Source: an uncultured delta proteobacterium
Lineage (GTDB): Bacteria; Desulfobacterota; BSN033; UBA1163
Direction: 5' to 3'
Length of the DNA stretch: 64,000 bases
Assembly: GCA_963708295.1 (NCBI GenBank)
Contig: CAVPSJ010000017.1
Coordinates: forward strand, 32,001 to 96,000
A model generated the notes under the pieces. It did no database searches, was not told the origin of the DNA, and saw nothing but the letters and a program-made list of their open reading frames with translations. The translations under genes were made by a program, and so were the position numbers. This document shows positions 10,381 through 18,410 of the stretch, one piece after another (position 1 is the stretch's first letter; the number at the start of each line of letters is the position of its first letter).

Positions 10381-10611
10381 GAACCGATGATTAAATTCAG
10401 CCGCGAAGCGGGTGCAGATAAGGTCTAAAACGGGCTTGGACTTGGCGGAGAGAATAAGGAAGCTACGAGAAACCCTTCCCTAAATTGCGATTTCAAAGGC
10501 TTGAGTCGAGAGCGCCCCAAGAACTCAAGAAGCCTTATCAAGTTTACTTAAATAACTTAAGAATGCCCCGTGAAGAGTGTAGGCCTGATATTCAAGCTTT
10601 TCTTCTTAGCA
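10381..10611 (+). repeat. ~230-bp direct repeat copy 1 (relic of a RAYT/IS200-like transposase 3' end)
   Basis: Aligns with 11211-11450 and encodes NSAAKRVQIRSKTGLDLAERIRKLRETLP*. Confidence 0.7.
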
Positions 10612-10629
10612 ACGGTACGAGCAGGGGAG

Positions 10630-10944
10630 TTACTTTTTGCTTAAACTCTTGACATAATCAACGATGGTTATGATCTGGTCCTTGGTAAGCACTTTCTCGA
10701 AGCTGGGCATTTTGTCCTTGCCCTTTTCGATGATCGCGATCATCTCGGCCTTGTTCATCTGACTGGCGGGCAGGTAGAGTTTCGTAGGATCAATATTCAA
10801 CATTTTCGCCCTTCTCGTATTCGTCTTGGCATCACCCCCGTGGCAAGTTGTGCACTTAGCCTTGTAGTCAGCCTTGCCATCGGCGAGGGCGATCATGGGT
10901 GTGGCGAACACAATAAGAACGAGCGAGATCAACAATTTTTTCAT
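10630..10944 (-). CDS. Monoheme class I cytochrome c
   Basis: Signal peptide, CTTCH, GKDKMPSF (Met ligand). Confidence 0.9.
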   Translation of the reverse strand: MKKLLISLVLIVFATPMIALADGKADYKAKCTTCHGGDAKTNTRRAKMLNIDPTKLYLPASQMNKAEMIAIIEKGKDKMPSFEKVLTKDQIITIVDYVKSLSKK

Positions 10945-11091
10945 TGTCTCTCCTTCCTTTTTTGATCATTATAATATATCTAATACAAGAAACATGTAGA
11001 GTCAACAAAATCAGGTATGCCACCTCCTTGATCCACCCTCAATGTGTGTTTGACATGCTAAGTTAGAGTTCTGCCATTTCGTATTTCGCCT

Positions 11092-11160
11092 GGTTCAAAT
11101 TGAAATCATGTATGGATGGGTTCAGATCGAAAAACGATATTTTTTCAGAAAGTGCTCTTG
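11092..11160 (+). repeat. Inter-cassette element copy (A-B blocks only)
   Basis: TTGAAATCATGTAT, then TTCAGAAAG 44 bp later. Confidence 0.6.
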
Positions 11161-11210
11161 TGCGGGGAGTCTGGCAACATTTGGGGAAACGCTGTGGCTT
11201 GGGATGACCC

Positions 11211-11450
11211 GAACCGATGATTAAATTCGGCAGCGAAGCGGTTACGGATGAAGATCAAAAGGGACTTGGATTTAGCAGAGAGAATGAGGAACTTATTAGA
11301 AGCCGATCCCTAAATACCAGTATAGCAACCCTGATCCGAAAGCGCCCCCTGAATTCAAGAAGTCTTCCTAAGGTTACTTAAATAACACAAGTCCGTCCCC
11401 GTAATCCTGCCAAAAATGCATGAAGAGTGTAGGCCTGACCCCCAAGTTTT
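11211..11450 (+). repeat. ~230-bp direct repeat copy 2 (RAYT/IS200-like relic)
   Basis: Starts GAACCGATGATTAAATTC, encodes NSAAKRLRMKIKRDLDLAERMRNLLEADP*, ends GTAGGCCTGACCCC. Confidence 0.7.
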
Positions 11451-11750
11451 CAGATTAGAGTCCACTGAAAGGGAGGGGAGAAGTCATTGGGTCTGCCGAA
11501 CAACAATGAGTGAAAATTTGTGGTTGCAATAAATAAAAAAAGCAGGGCCCGTTTCTGACCCCGCCTCGCTCGTTGGCAATCGATCAAAAACACTATTTTT
11601 TAACAAAAGCGGCTTAATGAAACGGAGAGAGTGGTTGCTCCGAAAGAGGACACATACTTAAGCTGAGGAAAACGAACAGGCAAAAGTTTAAGGTCTACTC
11701 ATTTCCACTTAAATTGTCCTGAACGGAACTTAATCTGAAGGAGATTGTTA

Positions 11751-11778
11751 ATTGAACCCTCGACCTACCGATTACGAA
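11751..11778 (-). pseudogene. tRNA-Thr(CGT) fragment (anticodon loop to T-loop), possible att relic
   Basis: Minus strand TTCGTAATCGGTAGGTCGAGGGTTCAAT: anticodon loop TTCGTAA, variable loop AGGTC, GGTTCAA T-arm. The rest of the cloverleaf is missing. Confidence 0.65.
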
Positions 11779-11821
11779 ACCTGAAAAATGATATTTATTG
11801 CATCTGGTGTATTTTACTTAC

Positions 11822-11983
11822 TTATGGCTTCTTAGGGTCTTTCTCTGTCTTGATTACTGTTTGTTCATAAGGTTCAGACATGAGCCGCTTCCAATCATCA
11901 AGTGGTCTGTCACCTTTGCCACTCTCAGGATGCCATTCCTTAATCCGTCTTGGCTTAGATTTACTGTTTGTCTTAATTGCCAT
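11822..11983 (-). CDS. Small basic hypothetical protein
   Basis: AGGAGG RBS before MAIKTNSKSKPRR. Confidence 0.45.
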   Translation of the reverse strand: MAIKTNSKSKPRRIKEWHPESGKGDRPLDDWKRLMSEPYEQTVIKTEKDPKKP

Positions 11984-12199
11984 TTGTCTTTGCCTCCTTT
12001 TGAGGCTTAACATACTTCGTCAGTTTGTACCAGACCCTATTAGGCCCTACCCCTTTATCTGAGACCTCAAACTCAGCGTGTATCTTTTCAATGGTCATTC
12101 CACTTCCTTTAAGCCAGCGAATGTGATGCATAAATTTGCATCAGGCCACTTCTCCCATATAAGATGCATTGCCTAGTCTTCTGTGGATTTTCTTCCGGT

Positions 12200-12320
12200 T
12201 ATTACAACTTGGAATCTTGTTTGGAATCGAGATTTCCAAAAATCAGGACTTCAGAAAGTAAGCGAGCGAGGACGATATTACCCAAATTCTGGGAAGCGGC
12301 AAGAGCTATGAATAAAAGGC
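12200..12320 (+). repeat. Inter-cassette element copy E8
   Basis: TTGGAATCTTGT, TTCAGAAAG 41 bp later; ends TATGAATAAAAGGC as copy E3 does. Confidence 0.7.
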
Positions 12321-12416
12321 TTAATTAATACGTCTTAAAAGTAAAGATGTTTGGCGGATAGAGAAAAATAGCGAGTTTAAATTCTTTGGATTAAAATAGC
12401 AGAGGAGGTAAAAAAA

Positions 12417-12755
12417 ATGAAAAGAATTGTATTAATAGGCACTTTATTGCTGGTCTTTGTCCTGACAGCCGGCACAGCTTCGGCTCGGGTCATTTTGCCT
12501 CCCGGGTGGCCTTTCCTCCCACCAATCATCACTCCCCCGGTAATTGAAGCACCTCCCCCAGCTTATTACCCCGATACTTATGGCTATTACTCATACCCCT
12601 ATGGTTATTATGGTTCTCGGAGTCCGGGTTACTGGGGTTATGGTGGACGGGGTTATTATGGTTCTCGGGGTCCGAGTTACCGGGGTCATGGGGGAAGGGG
12701 TTATTATGGTTCTCGGAGTCCAAGTTACCAAGGTCATGGGGGGTATCGCCGATAG
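12417..12755 (+). CDS. Secreted Pro/Gly/Tyr-rich protein with 3 x 16-aa tandem repeats
   Basis: GGAGG RBS, signal peptide, 48-bp repeats at 12603, 12651 and 12699 (GYYGSRxPxYxGxGG). Confidence 0.75.
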   Translation: MKRIVLIGTLLLVFVLTAGTASARVILPPGWPFLPPIITPPVIEAPPPAYYPDTYGYYSYPYGYYGSRSPGYWGYGGRGYYGSRGPSYRGHGGRGYYGSRSPSYQGHGGYRR

Positions 12756-13006
12756 CACTTTTTCCGATCAACTGCACTATATAATGACGGAATCGTACCA
12801 TTCTCCACCTTCATTGACTTGAATCGGGTGGGTCGGGTTTTTGGGTTTGAGCGGGTTAAAATTAGATTAGCTAGGCTCATTTTAAGGGGAGCAGATGAGA
12901 GGTTTCTCAATTAACAAAAACCTATGTCTTTATTATTGGCTGAGAAAGAGAGTTAGAAAGAGGCAAACCTATAGGGTGTCCAATACTCTCGAAAAGGTTA
13001 TCCTGA

Positions 13007-13145
13007 TTTTTGGAAGAGAATATATACAACTTTTTTGAGATTTGTCGAGCAGGTTGATAGTGAAATTTGGCGACTTCAGCTACAAACCGTGAGGATCAGT
13101 CTCCATTAAGGGTTGATGATTTCGGATTGAAAGACAGGGTACAGC
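13007..13145 (+). repeat. Inter-cassette element copy E9
   Basis: GAGCAGGTTGATAGTGAAATTTGGCGACTTCAGCTAC, then TTGATGATTTCGG 35 bp later. Confidence 0.8.
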
Positions 13146-13253
13146 AATGTCTGAATAGTCTTCCGCAAACTTAACAAGCACCAATGGTAGAGGTTGTCTT
13201 ACCTACTCCCCCTTTTTGGTTCGCTATCGCTATGGTCTTCATTTTCTACCCCG

Positions 13254-13499
13254 TTATTGGTAAGGTGTTATCTTTCCTTCCCGAACATCTTTAAAAAACT
13301 TCTCGATGAGGTCCGTTCTCTCTTCCTCTGATTCGCAGGTTTCTACTATCTCCATTAATTCCACTAACACTTTTTCATTAACAGCCCTCATTTTTCTCCC
13401 TGTCGCTGTAAATATCTTTCTCGCAATTTCCGTCGCTTCTTTTTTCCGCTTCATTTCTCCCATCAATTCGTCTAACTTATCATCAACACTTTTTCCCAT
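13254..13499 (-). CDS. Hypothetical helical protein
   Basis: 81-aa charged ORF with GAGG RBS. Confidence 0.6.
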   Translation of the reverse strand: MGKSVDDKLDELMGEMKRKKEATEIARKIFTATGRKMRAVNEKVLVELMEIVETCESEEERTDLIEKFFKDVREGKITPYQ

Positions 13500-13611
13500 G
13501 CCTCTTGTTCCTCCATATGTAAGCCCTGGTTACTCTCTTTGCTGTATTTACTTAGTTTACACATGCTAAGATTTATAACCAAATATGAATGGAAGCGTCA
13601 ACTAAACTATT

Positions 13612-14224
13612 GATTACCATTTGGAAGAGCGTATCGAAGGACAAAAACCACTCTTTCAGCTTACTAAATGAAATTTCATTTTCGAGATTCTTGGAGCAGG
13701 TTGATAGTAAAATTTGCTGACTTCACCTCCTACTCTTTGAGTATGTTATAAGGGTATAGGAATGGGTTTAGCTCATTCAAAAGGAAGAGGCAGGAGGACT
13801 TGAGTTTCACCTGGGTCATTGAATCCTCTTTGTAGTGTGTCCCTGCCTCCCCAAGCCATGATAGGTTGGTTGGGTCAAAGAACCCTTGTGATGATGGAGG
13901 TTTGGTGGGGAGGCATTTCCTGCCCTTCCGATCAGCAGGCTATCCAAGAGAGGCAACCGTCATGTGAGGCGTGTGATTTTCCTGATGACCCTTTGTGCGG
14001 TGAGAAGCCGTAATATCTTTAGGGAGTACTTCGTCAAGAGAAAAGAAGAAGGCCTGCCGCCCAAGAAGGCTATCCTTGCTACTGCTCACAAACTGCTGAG
14101 AGTTCTTTTTGCCAGGCTAACCCGTAAATCTTACTTTCGAACGGAGGTGGTTGAAGCATAGTTGACTACAAAGAGTGGGGATGATGCTGTTCAGAAGTTG
14201 AGGATCTCGGATGAAAGTGTGTAT
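13612..14224 (+). repeat. Inter-cassette element copy E10, interrupted by an IS110 relic
   Basis: A-B-C blocks at 13612-13733; the D block TTGAGGATCTCGGATGAAAGTGTGTAT resumes at 14198. Confidence 0.75.
13739..14176 (+). mobile_element. Internally deleted IS110-family element (non-coding left end plus transposase C-terminus)
   Basis: 13964-14161 encodes FREYFVKRKEEGLPPKKAILATAHKLLRVLFA, an IS110 C-terminal signature. TTGACT near the right end; GAGT at both ends. Confidence 0.75.
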
Positions 14225-14234
14225 GTTGTGAGCT

Positions 14235-15299
14235 TCAATTTTGTCTCCCTGAAGCCTTACGAAGATCATCAAGGAAGTCTCCTGGAATTTGAAAACCTAA
14301 TTCTTCCGCCCTGGTAACATCCTCCCAAGACTTGTCATATTTTCCCTTAGAATAATAGGCTTTCGCCCGATTGTAATAGAGCAACCCGAAATAAGGATCG
14401 ATCTCCAGGGCCTTGTTATAATCCGAGATCGCCAGATCATATTGACGTTCCATCGCATAAGCAGCTCCCCGATTCGTGTAAGCCAAAGTATATCTGGGGT
14501 TGATCTCTAAGGCTTCGTTATAGTTCGAGATGGCTCGACCATATTGCTGTTTCAACGAATAAACCCATCCCCGATTGTTATAGGCTTCTGCAAACCTTGG
14601 GTTGATCTTCAGGGCATTATTGTAATCAGCGATGGCCTGCTCATATTGGCCGGTGCTGCGATAGGCATTTCCGCGATTGTAGTAGGTTTCTGCATCTCCT
14701 GGGTTGATCTTCAGGGCCTCGTTATAATCCGAGATCGCCAGATCATATTGAAGTTTCTTCGCATAGGCAATCCCCCGATTCCTGTAAATCAGCGTACGTC
14801 TCGGATTGATTTTCAAGGCCTTGTTATAATCCGAGATCGCAAGGTCATATTGACCTTTATTATGATAGGCATCTCCCCGATTGTTATAGGCCTCAGCAAA
14901 TCCCGGGTTGATCTTCAGGGCATTATTGTAATCAGCGATGGACAGATCAAATTGGCCTTTGCTGTAATAGGCAATCCCCCGATTGTTATAGGCTTCAGCA
15001 AATCTCGGGTTGATCTTCAGGGCATTATTGTAATCAGCGATGGCCTGGTCAAATTGGCCTTTGCTGCGATAGGCATCTCCCCGATTGTTAAAGGCTTCAG
15101 CAAATCTCGGGTTGATCTTCAGGGCATTATTGTAATCGAGGATGGACAGATCAAATTGGCCGTTGCTGTAATAGGCAATCCCCCGATTGTTGTAGGCCTC
15201 AGCATTCCTCGAGTTGATCTCCAGGGTCGTTGTTTCAGTTTTTTCAGGGATAGTCTGACAGCCAACGATTAAAGAAACGGCCATAACTAAAATCGTCAA
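14235..15299 (-). CDS. TPR-repeat lipoprotein
   Basis: Lipobox IVGC and ~9 near-identical 34-aa TPRs (AEAYNNRG...ALKINP). Confidence 0.9.
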   Translation of the reverse strand: MTILVMAVSLIVGCQTIPEKTETTTLEINSRNAEAYNNRGIAYYSNGQFDLSILDYNNALKINPRFAEAFNNRGDAYRSKGQFDQAIADYNNALKINPRFAEAYNNRGIAYYSKGQFDLSIADYNNALKINPGFAEAYNNRGDAYHNKGQYDLAISDYNKALKINPRRTLIYRNRGIAYAKKLQYDLAISDYNEALKINPGDAETYYNRGNAYRSTGQYEQAIADYNNALKINPRFAEAYNNRGWVYSLKQQYGRAISNYNEALEINPRYTLAYTNRGAAYAMERQYDLAISDYNKALEIDPYFGLLYYNRAKAYYSKGKYDKSWEDVTRAEELGFQIPGDFLDDLRKASGRQN

Positions 15300-15898
15300 T
15301 AGAGCAAAAAGTTTATTTCTCGTTTCCTTCTCCTTCTACTTCCTGCAATGCGCAGATAACTCATTCCTAATTGTATCAAGGTTTGGCCCGTTTAGGCTGG
15401 AGTGGCAAAGTCGGACAACATTGCTCCTAAATTTGGTAGTGTACTTGCACCGAGATGCGGATATTCCGCATCTGGCCGTGGATCAAAACGGCCCTCCACA
15501 TTCAAATCTTGTTAATATAATAAGGACTTGGTTTGGGATGGGTTGAATATACAAAAAAATGCAGCTCCAACGTCCTTGCACTTGTATTCCAGTCTATTCT
15601 TAGAGGGCAAGTACAACAATGGGTTCAATGCCGTATTTTGAGTTAAGAATGACTGCATTTTTGGGCTACAAATTATTGTAGGGGCAAGAAGTCGGATGTT
15701 ACCGTTCTATAGATATCCGCTTGACCATGTCGAGCGTAACCGCTCAATCTCGTTTTGGTTCTCCATGGCAATTCTCCATCCCTTGCTACCTCACACCAAT
15801 TCTAGGGAGAAGGACATGGGAAAACACAATACGTTATTGATCGATTTCCCGGCCCAAAATAGTGAATAGCTTGCCACCTGCACTTTACCCAAACTGAA

Positions 15899-16083
15899 GA
15901 TATCTATTTGAAATCTGCATTGGAAGGGAAGAGGGGCGTTTCATTGATTTCAGAAAGTACTAGATGAAATTTCCTTTTCGAGATTGTCGGAGCGGGGCGA
16001 TAGTAAGATTTGGCGAGTACACCTACCTATCTTCGATGTGAGCTAAGCTTCAACCTTGATGATTACGGGGAGAAAGATTGCAT
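15899..16083 (+). repeat. Inter-cassette element copy E11 (longest, about eight ~23-bp units)
   Basis: Units start at 15899, 15923, 15946, 15968, 15992, 16015, 16038 and 16061. Confidence 0.8.
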
Positions 16084-16147
16084 TGATAAGGTTTACACAG
16101 GTTTGCGGACTAGAGGAAGGAGTATTCAGAAAAAGGGGTTACGTTTC

Positions 16148-16558
16148 CTAAACTTTCTGATAGGATTTGACCAACCCTTCAAGCTCCATATGATTCAAAG
16201 AAGTCTTGACAAGAAAACGATCGGCCCCAAATCGGGAAGCTGCTTCCCGATATTCTGGTTTATCATAACTTGAAAGAATGAGAATGGTAATATTGGGATG
16301 AGTTGCTTTGATTTTCTTGGTGAGTTTCAGGCCATTTTCTCCGGGTAATCGAATATCCATGAAGATGAGATCTGGAAGGAATGTGTCGACTTTCTGCAAA
16401 GCCTCAATTCCACCTGCCGCCTCGTCAATGGCTGTCGTAGGAAGAGACGCTCGCAGAGTCGTCCTGAAGATTTGTCGAAAAGGATCATCATTATCCACTA
16501 TTAAGATTCTAAACTTCTTCATTGCTGCCGAGGGATTTATTTTCATAGCTTCCTCCAC
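16148..16558 (-). CDS. Single-domain response regulator (receiver)
   Basis: ILIVDND, PDLIFMDIRLPGENG, FLVK. Confidence 0.85.
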   Translation of the reverse strand: MEEAMKINPSAAMKKFRILIVDNDDPFRQIFRTTLRASLPTTAIDEAAGGIEALQKVDTFLPDLIFMDIRLPGENGLKLTKKIKATHPNITILILSSYDKPEYREAASRFGADRFLVKTSLNHMELEGLVKSYQKV

Positions 16559-16639
16559 CTCCCCGGAAAGATAAAATCTAGCTAAGCTTCTGGGGTTAAT
16601 AATACAGAAGATGAATCTTTTGTCAATCTCAAAATGAGG

Positions 16640-16845
16640 TTGTAATTATTAATAATTTATATAATTTACTAATTTTATTCTTATATTTATTATTTTACTA
16701 ATTTTATATATATAGTAACTAAATATAAAATAAAAATAATTAAAAATATTAAGTATAATTTTAGTGTTTTTAAAGTTATATATATAATTTAATTTTAATT
16801 TTTGTTTAATAATACAGATAATATATATGAATTATTAGTATATGA
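16640..16845. other. Extremely AT-rich tract
   Basis: About 200 bp of almost only A/T, with TTTACTAATTTTAT present twice. Confidence 0.8.
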
Positions 16846-16858
16846 AGGGAGGTAAAAG

Positions 16859-17128
16859 CTACGAACCGAATCTGTGAGCTGCGCGCAGGCGGGCTTTGGC
16901 GGCTTCAACCTCGCGATTCCTGGGAGAAGCGGTGGTCACGAGCGAGCCGAGCAATTTGGAGGAGGCCTTTGCGACTTCGTCGACCGCACGATGGAACGCG
17001 TCTTTGTTCGCAGCGGAAGGCTTAGCAAATCCGCTGATCTTCCGAACGAATTGCAGAGCCGCCATGCGGATCTCGTCATCCGTCGCCGGCGGTTCGAAGT
17101 TGTACAGCATCTTGATGTTTCTACACAC
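16859..17128 (-). CDS. DUF2277 family protein
   Basis: MCRNIK.LYNFEPPATDDEI..AALQFVRKISGF signature. Confidence 0.85.
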   Translation of the reverse strand: MCRNIKMLYNFEPPATDDEIRMAALQFVRKISGFAKPSAANKDAFHRAVDEVAKASSKLLGSLVTTASPRNREVEAAKARLRAAHRFGS

Positions 17129-17222
17129 GCTATTTGCCTCCGTAATCGGCTATCGTTGCGCAAGCCCTGGGCCTGGGCTCATCGTATGAGAAATGCCAAC
17201 TGATCTCGCGTCCGTGAATCGC

Positions 17223-17250
17223 CCCGAACGACGAGGTAAGTCGCCGAGCT
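17223..17250 (-). other. attC-like L'-R' half site upstream of DUF2277
   Basis: Minus strand CGGCGACTTACCTCGTC-GTTCGGG. Confidence 0.45.
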
Positions 17251-17414
17251 GCAGTCTTTGGATTTCAAACAACGGCTATTCTCGGAGCGCGAAAAAGGCA
17301 GAACCTTCACTTTGAGAGTCGAGAGGACCTTCACATCTGAGAGTCCAAGATAATTGAGGATCTTTAGATGAAGTAATTCCTAATTCTCAATTCCGGCAGT
17401 CCCTGTCGCCTCTT

Positions 17415-17771
17415 TCATATTCCAATGTTCGATAAGGTATTGCAGATCGAATTGACAATCCCCACAAGCTTAGGATGGGAATTCTCGAACCTTTCCACAG
17501 AGGTAGAAAGCCCCTCCAAGGATAGTTTGAAAAGTTGCGGATTCTTCTCCTCACGTATTGCTTCGTGAATTGAGACTTCGGTAAAACCGATAATACTCTG
17601 GGCGTCCTCGGCGTCGGTCTTGGAGAGTTGGGAAACTTCGGTCTTCAAAGTGGAAAGCAGATTTAGTAATTCCTTCTTTCTTTCGTCATTTAAAGACTTG
17701 GCCTTTTTGATCCTCGCTTCAATCTGGGTAATTGTCTCCTCGACCATATTTTCATCCTTTCTTCCAGGCAC
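17415..17771 (-). CDS. DUF4404-like small helical protein
   Basis: C-terminal FENSHPKLVGIVNSICNTLSNIGI. Confidence 0.75.
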   Translation of the reverse strand: MPGRKDENMVEETITQIEARIKKAKSLNDERKKELLNLLSTLKTEVSQLSKTDAEDAQSIIGFTEVSIHEAIREEKNPQLFKLSLEGLSTSVERFENSHPKLVGIVNSICNTLSNIGI

Positions 17772-18122
17772 TCAATAAGGGAAACTGATGAGGGTCTCTG
17801 GATCCCTTTCTGGAAGGAGCCAGGTAAGCACTTAATGACTCAGGGTGGCTTTGGATTCTAGGGCCCGCCCTCGTGCAATGATTAGAACTCGCTTTTGATT
17901 GTGTTAAATATACGAAAAAACGGAATTTTATGTCAAGCGAAAAGGACCACAAGATATGCATAGAAAGAAAGTTTTGTCAGGTTTTGAAATTACTTGACCC
18001 TTCCAAATCAAGATAGGTCAAGATAGAGTTAAATCCTCCTCTTCTACTTTTTAGATTAAAAACATTAAAATCAACCATTTTGTCAATCCCAAAAATGAGA
18101 TTGTGGAGATTATTGTTTGGAG

Positions 18123-18300
18123 GATTGTCATTTGAAATCTTGCATGTGCGGATGGTTTTTCAGAATCTCTCTTTCAGGAAGGAGTCTTCGTTTTCCCAAA
18201 TCCCGCCGATCAAAAAAACTATGTTGAAGTTTCACCTACCTATCTTCAGTGAAAGGATGATCAGGGAGTTGATGATTACGGGATGAAGCAAAGTGAGTTT
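18123..18300 (+). repeat. Inter-cassette element copy E13 (complete)
   Basis: TTGAAATCTTGCAT, TTCAGGAAG 41 bp later, CACCTAC, TTGATGATTACGG 35 bp later. Confidence 0.8.
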
Positions 18301-18410
18301 ATAAATCTCATTTTGTGGAAGAACGAAAAAGGGATGCAGTCCAATAGGCATGAGAGCTGCACCCCTTCCTTTCAAACTTACAAATCAATTCCCGAAAGAC
18401 TCCAATCAAA

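Noticed and set aside
12603-12746. 48-bp x3 repeat as a CRISPR array
   Set aside because: It is an in-frame coding repeat without unique spacers, and no cas genes are present.
14400-15210. 102-bp tandem repeats
   Set aside because: Explained by TPR coding repeats.
15330-15850. Possible gene between the TPR gene and element E11
   Set aside because: The ORF track shows nothing of 60 aa or more here, and I recognised no motif.
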